A stretch of 49,166 nucleotides of DNA from an uncultured Staphylococcaceae bacterium (GTDB taxonomy: Bacteria > Bacillota_I > Bacilli_A > RFN20 > CAG-826). The translations under genes were made by a program, and so were the position numbers. Within the stretch, counting starts at the first letter, position 1. Each line of letters opens with the position of its first letter. The stretch covers positions 1 to 49,166 of the forward strand of contig CAYFSI010000004.1 in NCBI GenBank assembly GCA_964345825.1, read 5' to 3'. Shown here piece after piece: positions 9,392-18,047 of the stretch. The notes beneath the pieces were generated by a model that did not search any database, was not told the origin of the DNA, and worked only from the letters and a program-made list of their open reading frames with translations.

Positions 9392-9415
9392 ATAGAATAG
9401 AAGTGTAGTTTTATT

Positions 9416-10753
9416 ATGAATATAAAATTGTATAACTCTTTAACCAATTCCGTTGAACCATTTAAACCGATCCATGAAGGCAAAGTCTCCATGTATATTT
9501 GCGGAGCGACTGTCTACAATTACCCCCACATTGGTAATATGAGACCGGTCGTTGTTTTTGATACATTAAGACGCTTTTTTACTTATATTGGTTATGATGT
9601 GACATATGTCAGCAACTTCACTGATGTTGATGATAAAATCATCAAAGAAGCAGAAAAACAAAATAAAACCGAAAAAGAATTAACTGAATTTTATATTCGC
9701 GAATATCAAAAAATCACCCAACAAATTGGAAGCTTTCTTCCTACAATTGCTCCAAGAGTTACTGAATACATTGACAAAATTATTGCTTATGTTGCTAAGC
9801 TAGTCGAATTAGGCGCAGCTTATGTTGTCGAAGGCGACGTCTTTTTTCGCATTTCCAAAATCAATGATTATGGATGCCTTAGCAAAATTAACATCAATGA
9901 TCTTTTAGTCGGCGCTCGTATTGAAGAAAACGACAAAAAAGAGAGCCCTCTAGACTTTGTGCTTTGGAAAAAAACTGATTCTGGTATTAATTGGGATTCA
10001 CCTTGGAGCAAAGGTCGCCCCGGCTGGCACACTGAGTGCTGTGTCATGATCGATACAATTTTTGAAGATCATTTTATCGATATTCATGGTGGTGGATATG
10101 ATTTAAAATTCCCTCACCACGAAAATGAAATTGCTCAAGCTGAAGCAATGCATCACAACAAAATTGCACATTATTGGTTGCATAATGCATTTATCAATTT
10201 TGGAACTGAAAAGATGTCAAAGTCTTTAGGGAATGTTCTCTTAGCCAAAGATGTAATTGAAAAATATGGCGGAGCAACTTGCCGTTTGATTATCCTAAAC
10301 ACGCATTATCGTCAGCCTGTAAGCTTCACAGAAGAAACGATTAACGCTGCAACTCAAGAGGTTAACAAACTATCATTTGCTTATCGTCAACTTGCTTTAA
10401 TTTTGCAAATGCATGATATTGATTTAAGTTCTGGAAAAACGGTAAACATTGATAAGTTTTTAGACTCCTTAGCGGACGATTTAAACACCGCTAATGCTCT
10501 TGCTGAAGTGTATCAAATCACAAAAGAATCAAATCAAATACTCCGAAATAAAGAAATTAATTTGCAAAAAGCCGCCGATTTATTTAAAACACTTACCGAC
10601 ATGTTTTACGTGCTGGGTTTGGATATTTTTTATACTAAACTAACCCCAGAAGATAAACGCATTTATTATGATTATCTTCAAGCGAAAGCTAATAGAGATT
10701 TCGCGCTTTCTGATCGCCTGAGAAGCATTTTAATAGAAAGGAATATTTTGTAG
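9416..10753 (+). CDS. cysS: Cysteine--tRNA ligase
   Basis: 445 aa. Class I signatures YPHIGNMR (HIGH) and KMSKSLGN (KMSKS), plus WHTECC zinc-site residues. Confidence 0.95.
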   Translation: MNIKLYNSLTNSVEPFKPIHEGKVSMYICGATVYNYPHIGNMRPVVVFDTLRRFFTYIGYDVTYVSNFTDVDDKIIKEAEKQNKTEKELTEFYIREYQKITQQIGSFLPTIAPRVTEYIDKIIAYVAKLVELGAAYVVEGDVFFRISKINDYGCLSKININDLLVGARIEENDKKESPLDFVLWKKTDSGINWDSPWSKGRPGWHTECCVMIDTIFEDHFIDIHGGGYDLKFPHHENEIAQAEAMHHNKIAHYWLHNAFINFGTEKMSKSLGNVLLAKDVIEKYGGATCRLIILNTHYRQPVSFTEETINAATQEVNKLSFAYRQLALILQMHDIDLSSGKTVNIDKFLDSLADDLNTANALAEVYQITKESNQILRNKEINLQKAADLFKTLTDMFYVLGLDIFYTKLTPEDKRIYYDYLQAKANRDFALSDRLRSILIERNIL

Positions 10754-10768
10754 TTTAAAAATGCCTAT

Positions 10769-11488
10769 ATGAATAAAATCGATAAATATATTTATGGGAG
10801 AAATTCTGTTAAAGAAGCCATTCTTTCTGGACAAGTCACCAAACTTTTCATTAGTAACTCACTTAAAAAATGTGAAATTGCTGAATTAGCAAGCACAAAA
10901 AATGTACCGACAACTTATCTTGACTCCAAGTCTTTGGATGAAATGGTTTCGAACGAAATACATCAAGGTATTGTGGCCGAGATAAAAAAATACGAGTACT
11001 TTTCTTTAGATCACATTTTGTCTTTATCAAAAAAAGTTGATCATCCACTTATCGTTTTACTCGATGGTATTACTGATCCACATAATTTCGGAGCAATTTT
11101 ACGAAGCTGCGACGTTTTTAATGTGACTGGTGTCATTATTCCTAAACATCAACAAGTTCCTTTGAACGCTACTGTAGCTAAAACTTCTGCCGGTGCCATT
11201 AATTATGTCCCAGTTGTTTTGGTTAGCAATTTAAATAATGCGATTCGAACGTTGAAGGAGAACGGCTTCTGGGTTGTGAGCACTGATGGTGCTGGCACAA
11301 TGAATTATTCTGACCTTGCTTACGACTTTCCTACTGCTTTAATTATTGGGAGCGAAGGAAACGGCATATCTCAATTGACTTTGAAAAATTCGGATTATGT
11401 CGTCAAGATACCTCTAATGGGGCACATAAACTCTCTCAACGCTTCCGTTGCGGCCGGGATTTTATTAAGCAAAATCAGAAATAAATAA
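10769..11488 (+). CDS. rlmB: SpoU/TrmH-family 23S rRNA 2'-O-methyltransferase (RlmB/YacO-like)
   Basis: 239 aa. SpoU motifs DPHNFGAILRS, IIGSEGNGIS and LNASVAAGILL. Its position right after cysS matches the Bacillus arrangement. Confidence 0.8.
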   Translation: MNKIDKYIYGRNSVKEAILSGQVTKLFISNSLKKCEIAELASTKNVPTTYLDSKSLDEMVSNEIHQGIVAEIKKYEYFSLDHILSLSKKVDHPLIVLLDGITDPHNFGAILRSCDVFNVTGVIIPKHQQVPLNATVAKTSAGAINYVPVVLVSNLNNAIRTLKENGFWVVSTDGAGTMNYSDLAYDFPTALIIGSEGNGISQLTLKNSDYVVKIPLMGHINSLNASVAAGILLSKIRNK

Positions 11489-11516
11489 TAGATTCCTCCC
11501 GAGAAAGGAGGACTCT

Positions 11517-12125
11517 ATGTCATTAAAACAAATTAGCGATGAAGAATGCGTTCTTTTGGCGCAAACCGGAAATCACGATACGCTTAATCAACTTTGTCTT
11601 CGCTACCAAAAGTACTCTTATGGACTAGCCATTGATTTTTTCAATTCCAACAGGCAAAGCGGAATAACTGTTGATGATTTGGTTTCGGTTGCCCAAGAAA
11701 CAGTCTTGATCGCGGTTAAGAACTTTTCGAATAGCATTCAATTGTTTTATCCCTATTGGCGCACAATTGCGACAAACGCGATGATTAAATACAACCAGCA
11801 AAATTCCTATTTTCATCACGCAAAAACATTCAACGGGATCTCACTCGATCAGCAAAATGATGAAAATTTCTCAAATGACCAATTGATTGGCGAACCTGAT
11901 TTTAAAATTCAAAAAGGACTTGTGGAAGATACTTTTCTTGCGATTATAAATGATTCCAAAAACGGCTTTTCAGAAAACGAAAAATTGGTAATGACTCTTA
12001 CAATCGAAGGATACGAGCCAACTGATATTATGAAAATGTTCAAATGGTCAAAATCTCAAGTCTATTACGCTTTGAGAAACGCCAAAGAAAAACTAACCTC
12101 AGTAATCTCCTGTATGAAGCACTAA
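11517..12125 (+). CDS. Sigma-70-family alternative sigma factor, SigH-like by position
   Basis: 202 aa. Region-2-like segment (VSVAQETVLIAVKNF...YWRTIATNAMIKY) and C-terminal region-4 HTH (TIEGYEPTDIMKMFKWSKSQVYYALRNAKEKL). It sits where sigH lies in the Bacillus cysS-rlmB-sigH cluster. Confidence 0.65.
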   Translation: MSLKQISDEECVLLAQTGNHDTLNQLCLRYQKYSYGLAIDFFNSNRQSGITVDDLVSVAQETVLIAVKNFSNSIQLFYPYWRTIATNAMIKYNQQNSYFHHAKTFNGISLDQQNDENFSNDQLIGEPDFKIQKGLVEDTFLAIINDSKNGFSENEKLVMTLTIEGYEPTDIMKMFKWSKSQVYYALRNAKEKLTSVISCMKH

Positions 12126-12163
12126 CACTATGTCAAATTGATATTTTTTTAAAATATTCAACA

Positions 12164-12172
12164 TGATATAAT
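12164..12172 (+). promoter_or_regulatory. Extended -10 promoter element directly in front of ecfA1
   Basis: TGATATAAT (TGnTATAAT). Its last base is 7 nt before the A of the ecfA1 ATG, and there is no SD between them. Confidence 0.45.
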
Positions 12173-12179
12173 TACCCCT

Positions 12180-13001
12180 ATGGACGAAATAGTTGTTAAA
12201 AACTTAAGTTTTTCATACGATAAGACCCATCCGGTTTTATCGAATGTATCATTTTCTATTCATCAGGGTTCACACATCTCCATTGTTGGACATAATGGAT
12301 CTGGTAAAAGCACATTAGCTAAATTGCTAATTGGTTTATTAGAACGGGACAGTGGAGAAATTTTCGTGGACGGAATTCTTCTCAATGAAAAAACCATCAC
12401 TGGTATTCGTGAAAAGATGTGCTTGGTATTTCAAAACCCAGACAATCAATTTATTGGTTCAACAGTGGAAGACGACATTGCTTTCGGGTTAGAAAACAAA
12501 CGTGTTTCGCAACCTGAAATGAAAGACATTATCGCATCTTTTGCTGAAGAAGTTGGCATGGGAAAATATCTAAATAAAGAACCCAGTATGCTTTCGGGAG
12601 GACAAAAGCAACGTGTTGCGATTGCAGGTGCATTGGCGTTATCTCCTGATATTATCATCTTTGATGAGGCCACTTCTATGCTTGATCCAAACGGGAAAAA
12701 AGAGATCATTAATGTTATTAAACGCATGAGAAACAACAATCCTGATTTGACAATTATCTCTATTACCCACGATGTTGAAGAAGCTTTTATAAGTGATGAG
12801 GTAATTGTCTTATCGCAAGGTATGATAGTCCTGAGCGGAAAGCCAAATATCGTGTTTTCTAATCGAGAAGCACTGAAAAAATATCGACTTGATATGCCAT
12901 TTATTTTGGACTTTAAAGAGAAACTAAAGTCAATTGATATCAATATCTCAGAAGACAAATCTATCGATGAAATTGTGGAAGCAATATGTCAATCCAAGTG
13001 A
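12180..13001 (+). CDS. ecfA1: ECF transporter ATPase EcfA1
   Basis: 273 aa. Walker A GHNGSGKST, signature LSGGQKQR, Walker B IIIFDE. Followed by a second ATPase and ecfT. Confidence 0.9.
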   Translation: MDEIVVKNLSFSYDKTHPVLSNVSFSIHQGSHISIVGHNGSGKSTLAKLLIGLLERDSGEIFVDGILLNEKTITGIREKMCLVFQNPDNQFIGSTVEDDIAFGLENKRVSQPEMKDIIASFAEEVGMGKYLNKEPSMLSGGQKQRVAIAGALALSPDIIIFDEATSMLDPNGKKEIINVIKRMRNNNPDLTIISITHDVEEAFISDEVIVLSQGMIVLSGKPNIVFSNREALKKYRLDMPFILDFKEKLKSIDINISEDKSIDEIVEAICQSK

Positions 13002-13837
13002 ATGATTTGTTTTATACATATCTGCCAAAGTCTCCTATCCAAACTGAAGCTTTACGAGGAGTCTCTTTAGCGATTGAGAGCCATTCTTTTTGTGGAATTT
13101 TAGGCCAAACAGGAAGTGGAAAATCGACTCTGATTCAAACGTTGAACGCTTTGTTAGTTCCTACAAAAGGGGAAGTTCACGTCGACGACTTCCTTGTTAC
13201 AAGTAAGAAAAACAAAAACAAAAAAATAAAACAATTGAGGAAACACTTAGCCATTGTTTTCCAGTTTCCTGAATATCAGCTTTTCGAAGAAACTGTCGAA
13301 AAAGATGTTGCCTTTGGCGCAAAAAACTTTGGAGCTAGTAAGGAAGAAGCATTAAACAAAGCTCATCAGGCGTTGATTTCGGTTGGACTTGATGGTTCTT
13401 ATTTTAAACGTTCTCCCTTTGAATTAAGCGGCGGAGAAAAAAGAAGAGTAGCTATCGCTGGCATTTTAGCTATTGAACCGGATATTTTGGTTCTTGATGA
13501 ACCGACTGCTGGTTTAGATCCTAAAGGGGCCGCCGATATTATGTCTCTAGTGGAAGAAATGTATAACCAAGGAAAATCAATAATTCTTGTCACCCATGAC
13601 ATGGATTTGGTTCTTAAATACTGTCAAAAAGTTTTTGTTCTTAAAGAAGGACAATTGATTTTTGAAGGCACAGCAAGTGATCTCTTTAAAGATGGTGATA
13701 CCAAATTTTCTATTGAAATACCTCTACTTTTCCAATATGCAAATAAGCTTAAAAATCGAGGTCTCCCAATTGACATCAACCGAATTAAGGATACCCAAGA
13801 TTTAATCAAGCAAATCAAGGAATGGCAGCAATCATGA
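12986..13837 (+). CDS. ecfA2: ECF transporter ATPase EcfA2
   Basis: 283 aa. Walker A GQTGSGKST, signature LSGGEKRR, Walker B ILVLDEP. Overlaps ecfA1 by 16 nt. Confidence 0.9.
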   Translation: MSIQVNDLFYTYLPKSPIQTEALRGVSLAIESHSFCGILGQTGSGKSTLIQTLNALLVPTKGEVHVDDFLVTSKKNKNKKIKQLRKHLAIVFQFPEYQLFEETVEKDVAFGAKNFGASKEEALNKAHQALISVGLDGSYFKRSPFELSGGEKRRVAIAGILAIEPDILVLDEPTAGLDPKGAADIMSLVEEMYNQGKSIILVTHDMDLVLKYCQKVFVLKEGQLIFEGTASDLFKDGDTKFSIEIPLLFQYANKLKNRGLPIDINRIKDTQDLIKQIKEWQQS

Positions 13838-14721
13838 ACAGCATTGCATTAGGCAGATACACTCCTTATAACACCTTTACTCACCGCCTCGATCCTCGAA
13901 ACAAACTGATGTTGGCAATTGTGCTGATGGTGGTAATTTTTTTCCAATTTAAAGTTATGTCAACCACCCTTCTTTTTAGTGGTCTCTATCTTTTATTGTT
14001 TTTGGTACTGATGCTTGTGTCTCGGGTCAGTTTCTTGAATCTATTGCGCAGTCTTCGAGGGATGTGGTTTTTAGTTATCTTTGTCGTTGCTGTTTATGTT
14101 TTTATTCCGAATAGCAATTACACTGGTACTTCGATTGCTTTTCGCATTGCTGATTATCCGATATATTGGCAAGCTTTTTATCAATCTGGTTACATTATTT
14201 TGCGTCTCTTATTGATGCTTATCTTGATGATGATTTTAACATCGACCACTAAGCCAATGGATTTGACTTTTGGCCTTGAGTGGTACATGAGTCCTTTGAA
14301 ATTAGTGCGATTTCCTGCCCATGAGATTGCCATGACAATTTCCATCGCTCTTCGTTTTATTCCAACCCTATTAGACGAGACGGCGAGAATTATGAAAGCT
14401 CAATCTTCTCGGGGTGTGGATTTTAATCATGGTGGTATCTTTAAGCGCTTCAAAGCAATTATCTCTTTAATCATTCCTCTTTTTGTTTCGGCTATTGAGA
14501 GATCTGAAGAACTTGCTAACGCAATGCAGGTTAGAGGTTATAACCCAAGAGCCAAACGAACTCATTTTCATGTCCTTCGTTTTAGAATCTCTGATTTATT
14601 TGCATTCTTATTTACCATTCTTTTCATTGGCGGAATTATCACATTATTTGTATTTGACCAAAAATCCACTGGCGGAATAAATATATTTGAAATAATTTTC
14701 AAAATTAATCCAGGTTTTTAA
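13822..14721 (+). CDS. ecfT: ECF transporter transmembrane component EcfT
   Basis: Polytopic membrane protein with the characteristic N-terminus GRYTPYNTFTHRLDPRNK and an ARIMKAQSSRG coupling-helix motif. The start could instead be the ATG at 13834. Confidence 0.88.
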   Translation: MAAIMNSIALGRYTPYNTFTHRLDPRNKLMLAIVLMVVIFFQFKVMSTTLLFSGLYLLLFLVLMLVSRVSFLNLLRSLRGMWFLVIFVVAVYVFIPNSNYTGTSIAFRIADYPIYWQAFYQSGYIILRLLLMLILMMILTSTTKPMDLTFGLEWYMSPLKLVRFPAHEIAMTISIALRFIPTLLDETARIMKAQSSRGVDFNHGGIFKRFKAIISLIIPLFVSAIERSEELANAMQVRGYNPRAKRTHFHVLRFRISDLFAFLFTILFIGGIITLFVFDQKSTGGINIFEIIFKINPGF

Positions 14722-14731
14722 GGACAAAAAT

Positions 14732-15460
14732 ATGAAATTGCTAGGAAAAGTAAGATATAAAGGCACTGCCTATCATGGCTGGCAAAGACAACCAAATGCT
14801 CCCACAATTGAAGAAGCGATTGAAAAGGTTTTATCGCAAATATTAAACAGGGATGTTTCAATTTGTGGAAGCGGAAGAACAGATGCTGGCGTTCATGCCC
14901 GAGGGCAATATTTTCATTTCGAGGTTAATAACGATACAGATATTAATAAGCTGAGATATTCTTGCAACCAACTTCTACCAGACGATATTCATATCGTTTC
15001 TTTTACCAAGGTTGATGAGAATTTTCATGCTCGTTTTTCTGCTAGAGAGAAACACTATTCCTACTCGATAGTTTTTGATGAGAAAGATCCTTTTAGTAAT
15101 GAGTTCTCTTATCATTTTTTAAGGCCCATTAATATTGAATTATTTATTTTGGCATTGAATGAGTTTGTCGGTAAGCACTGTTTTCAGGATTTTACCTCAA
15201 AAGAGATTGATGAAAAGAACTTCTTTCGAATAGTGAGGGTTGAAATCCAAAAAGATCAAAATAGAGTTAGAATTGACTTTTTCGGAGATGGTTTCATGAA
15301 ATACATGATTCGCTTCATGGTTGGAACCGCGATAGCGATTGGAGAAAATCGAGAACCAATCGCATTTATTTCGCAGCATTTAAACGAAAAAAAACTGAGA
15401 GAAATTGTTCGCTACAAAGCCCCGAGTGAAGGTCTAGTTTTAGAGGATGTTAAATATTAA
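14732..15460 (+). CDS. truA: tRNA pseudouridine(38-40) synthase TruA
   Basis: 242 aa. YKGTAYHGWQRQ and catalytic GSGRTDAGVHA motifs. Confidence 0.93.
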   Translation: MKLLGKVRYKGTAYHGWQRQPNAPTIEEAIEKVLSQILNRDVSICGSGRTDAGVHARGQYFHFEVNNDTDINKLRYSCNQLLPDDIHIVSFTKVDENFHARFSAREKHYSYSIVFDEKDPFSNEFSYHFLRPINIELFILALNEFVGKHCFQDFTSKEIDEKNFFRIVRVEIQKDQNRVRIDFFGDGFMKYMIRFMVGTAIAIGENREPIAFISQHLNEKKLREIVRYKAPSEGLVLEDVKY

Positions 15461-15517
15461 ACTTTAAATAAAGTTAAAGCTTTGATAGAATTTTGACGAC
15501 TATGGGAGGTGTTGTTT

Positions 15518-16228
15518 ATGGGAAGAGCACACGAAGTTAGAGCTAAATCAATGGCAGCAACAGCCGCAAAAAAGAGCGCCCTCTACATGAGAGCATCAAA
15601 GGAAATTTACATGGCTGCAAAATTAGGGGAACCTGATCCAGCAATGAATTTAGCCTTGAGATCAGCAATTGATAAATGGAAGGGTCAAAGCGTCACACGT
15701 GAGGTTATTGAACGCGCCATTCAAAAAGCAAAGGGTGGTTCAGGCGAAGCATATTCAAGTGGACGTTATGAGGCTTTAGGCCCTGGTGGCTCTTTATTTA
15801 TTATTGATACACTCACCGATAACAGCAATCGCGCGTTTACTGAGGTAAGAACTGCAATAACTAGAAAAGGCGGACACCTTGGAAGTGTTTTATTCAATTT
15901 TTCGGAAACTGGCTTATTTGTTTTCAAAGGAACTAACCGAGATCAAGTTGAAGAAAATCTTATTTTATCGGATATAGATGTCCGTGAAGTAAATCAAAAC
16001 GATAATGGTACTGTTGAAGTACTTGTTGAGCCATCATTTTTCGGAGGCGCTCGTGATGTTCTGAATGGCATGGGCATTGAAGAATTCGAAGTCGCAGAAG
16101 TGACATTTTTACCAAATAATTCTATCAGGCTCGAAGATCCTGAAGAAGCGAGAAAATATCGCGAATTAGCAGATATGCTTGATGAACTTCAAGATGTTCA
16201 GAACGTTTACACCAATGTGGAAGACTAA
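15518..16228 (+). CDS. YebC/PmpR-family (YeeN-like) transcriptional/translational regulator
   Basis: 236 aa from the ATG at 15518, with RBS GGAGG 8 nt upstream. The ORF-track start at 15509 is a GTG inside the RBS. Family motifs EIYMAAKLGEPDPAMNLALRSAI and IERAIQKAKGG. Confidence 0.85.
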   Translation: MGRAHEVRAKSMAATAAKKSALYMRASKEIYMAAKLGEPDPAMNLALRSAIDKWKGQSVTREVIERAIQKAKGGSGEAYSSGRYEALGPGGSLFIIDTLTDNSNRAFTEVRTAITRKGGHLGSVLFNFSETGLFVFKGTNRDQVEENLILSDIDVREVNQNDNGTVEVLVEPSFFGGARDVLNGMGIEEFEVAEVTFLPNNSIRLEDPEEARKYRELADMLDELQDVQNVYTNVED

Positions 16229-16273
16229 TAAATGAAAAAAGCTTGTCGCATTTTGCTCACAATTACTTTCTGA

Positions 16274-16636
16274 TTGGCTTTGGCTTATGCAATTGTTTTT
16301 TTCATTGGTGGATTAATTGGACTTATTTTTTCTCAATCTTTAATAGATTGGATGATAGCGTCATCTGACACTGGAGAGAACACACTTGAAGAGATTGCTT
16401 TGATTTCCCAAGTGACAATCTATACCACCTTTATATCTCTGATGTTATCCGCCTTTGCAATGGTCGGGCCCCTCGTGCTCTGCCCAATTACCAAACGCAA
16501 ATTGGATAAAGCTAAGAGCCGAGATGAGATGATTCTTTTGGGAGTCCTAAATATCTTTTTTGGATCCTCCATTTCCGCCATACTAATTTTTATCATGGAT
16601 GACTCTCACTATCAAAGTAAGAAAATTCTCGAATAA
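16274..16636 (+). CDS. Small polytopic membrane protein of unknown function; the start is problematic (see finding on in-frame TGA at 16271)
   Basis: The 120-aa ORF starts at a TTG with no RBS. An in-frame ATG-initiated 13-codon ORF (16232-16270, MKKACRILLTITF) is separated from it only by TGA. The protein is hydrophobic with three or four predicted helices. Confidence 0.4.
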   Translation: MALAYAIVFFIGGLIGLIFSQSLIDWMIASSDTGENTLEEIALISQVTIYTTFISLMLSAFAMVGPLVLCPITKRKLDKAKSRDEMILLGVLNIFFGSSISAILIFIMDDSHYQSKKILE

Positions 16637-16667
16637 TTTATCGAATTCAATAAAATAAATTTATTTT

Positions 16668-16695
16668 AAAGAGGGGAGACAACTCCTCTTTTTTC
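16668..16695 (+). terminator. Intrinsic terminator upstream of the rplM promoter
   Basis: Imperfect hairpin AAGAGGGGAG-ACAA-CTCCTCTT followed by T6. Confidence 0.6.
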
Positions 16696-16745
16696 ACATT
16701 TTGTTTAGCTATTGAATTATACCCATTTATCTAATAAATAAATGT

Positions 16746-16774
16746 TTGACATTGCCATATGAAACAAGTATTAT
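16746..16774 (+). promoter_or_regulatory. Sigma-A-type promoter of rplM-rpsI
   Basis: TTGACA (16746-16751), 17 nt spacer, TATTAT (16769-16774). Confidence 0.6.
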
Positions 16775-16779
16775 TTATC

Positions 16780-16843
16780 AGCACAGCCAAATTAGCGTAG
16801 TCCCGGTAAGACAAAGTTAGTTTGAAAAGGAGGATTTAGTTAT
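16780..16843 (+). promoter_or_regulatory. Possible L13 ribosomal-protein leader (5' UTR of rplM)
   Basis: About 65 nt UTR that can form a stem, CAAATTAG pairing with TTAGTTTG, enclosing CGTAGTCCCGGTAAGACAAAG just before the RBS AAGGAGG. The position matches L13 leaders in Bacillota. No covariance model was run. Confidence 0.3.
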
Positions 16844-17284
16844 ATGCAACGTCAAACTACAATTGCAAAAACAGAAGAAATCCAAAGAAAATGGTATGTC
16901 ATTGATGCAACCGACAAACCATTAGGTAGATTAGCCTCACAAGTCGCTCAAGTGTTAATTGGTAAAAATAAACCAATCTGGACTCCAAACGTTGATTGCG
17001 GTGATTATGTCATCATCATCAATGCGGAGAAGGTTGGATTATCGGGCGATAAACTTCACACCAAGAAATATTACAATGTTTCTATGTATCCAGGCGGACT
17101 CCGTACGAGAACTGCCGAAGTCATGATCAACAAATATCCTACTGAAATGGTTGAAAGAAGTGTCCATGGAATGGTTCCAAAAGGTCGCTTAGGTCGCCAA
17201 ATTGAGAAGAAATTATTTGTCTATGCAGGACCTGATCACAAACATGATGCTCAAAAACCAGAAGTTCTTGAGCTCAAATTCTAG
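16844..17284 (+). CDS. rplM: 50S ribosomal protein L13
   Basis: 146 aa. N-terminus [17 protein letters not shown] and VVPKGRLGR-type motifs. Confidence 0.97.
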   Translation: MQRQTTIAKTEEIQRKWYVIDATDKPLGRLASQVAQVLIGKNKPIWTPNVDCGDYVIIINAEKVGLSGDKLHTKKYYNVSMYPGGLRTRTAEVMINKYPTEMVERSVHGMVPKGRLGRQIEKKLFVYAGPDHKHDAQKPEVLELKF

Positions 17285-17298
17285 GAGGAAATTGAATT

Positions 17299-17697
17299 AT
17301 GGCAAAAAAAGCTGATCTTCAACATTACGGAACAGGAAGAAGAAAGTCTTCTATCGCTCGCGTATTCATAACTTCTGGAACAGGTAAAATCGTTGTAAAT
17401 GGCAAAGATGTCAATGAGTATATGCCTTATGAGACATTAGTTACTGATTTGAAACAACCTCTTGTTCTCACCGAAACCGATAGCAAATATGATATTCGCG
17501 CCGACGTTAAAGGTGGCGGATTCACAGGACAAGCCGGTGCTATTCGCCTCGGAATTGCCCGCGCTTTATTAGAAGCCGGTGTCAATCGATCAACCTTAAA
17601 AGTTGCTGGAATGCTCACTCGCGATTCTCGCTCCAAAGAGAGAAAGAAATACGGTCTTAAAGCCGCACGTAGAGCTCCTCAATTCAGCAAACGTTAA
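17299..17697 (+). CDS. rpsI: 30S ribosomal protein S9
   Basis: 132 aa. [32 protein letters not shown] and C-terminal RAPQFSKR. Confidence 0.97.
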   Translation: MAKKADLQHYGTGRRKSSIARVFITSGTGKIVVNGKDVNEYMPYETLVTDLKQPLVLTETDSKYDIRADVKGGGFTGQAGAIRLGIARALLEAGVNRSTLKVAGMLTRDSRSKERKKYGLKAARRAPQFSKR

Positions 17698-17713
17698 ACG
17701 TTTAAGAAGTTTG

Positions 17714-17741
17714 AAAAGGAAGGCTTGCCTTCCTTTTTTTC
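17714..17741 (+). terminator. Intrinsic terminator after rpsI
   Basis: Perfect 8-bp stem AAGGAAGG pairing with CCTTCCTT, loop CTTG, then a T run. Confidence 0.8.
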
Positions 17742-17858
17742 TTTCATATCATCCTTCCACTAGATGTGCTTGTGTTTGATTGGCAAACCAAGAAAGAAAT
17801 ATCGTTGATTTTTATAAATCGCTATTGTATATTATTAACGCTGTCTTTTAGAAGACAT

Positions 17859-17935
17859 GGGCCCATAGCTCAGCTGGTTAGAGCGCGCCCCTGATAAGGG
17901 CGAGGTCGATAGTTCAAGTCTATTTGGGCCCACCA
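17859..17935 (+). tRNA. tRNA-Ile (anticodon GAU), CCA encoded
   Basis: Manual cloverleaf: acceptor GGGCCCA/TGGGCCC, D stem GCTC/GAGC, anticodon stem CGCCC/GGGCG with loop CTGATAA, T loop TTCAAGT, 3' ACCA. Confidence 0.93.
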
Positions 17936-18047
17936 AACGATTAATTCCGCTTCATGCGGTTTTTTTCTACTTTTTTATTTAAAAAATATTGCATCGGAAG
18001 CATTCCTCTTGTAGACTTTACGCATTATCTCGGAAAGGAAATAAAAT

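Noticed and set aside
9342-9415. Looked for a T-box leader upstream of cysS, and for leaders upstream of the suf operon (29691-29893)
   Set aside because: The cysS spacer is only 74 nt and is occupied by the hydA terminator. There is no specifier loop or T-box sequence. The suf upstream region is AT-rich with only promoter-like elements.
12446-12958. 170-aa ORF antisense to ecfA1. Similar long antisense ORFs occur at 1898-2374, 2381-2761, 8798-9151, 24243-24665 and 46823-47374.
   Set aside because: Each lies entirely within, and opposite to, a confidently identified conserved gene. They have no RBS and low-complexity or odd composition. Their existence is explained by the codon bias of the sense gene.
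16232-16636. Possibility that the whole organism uses genetic code 4 (UGA = Trp), prompted by the in-frame TGA at 16271
   Set aside because: All other genes give full-length, family-typical proteins under code 11, and Trp is encoded by TGG throughout. TGA ends ecfA1 (12999), ecfA2 (13835) and the exonuclease gene (45322) at normal lengths. Reading through would add implausible tails overlapping the next gene.
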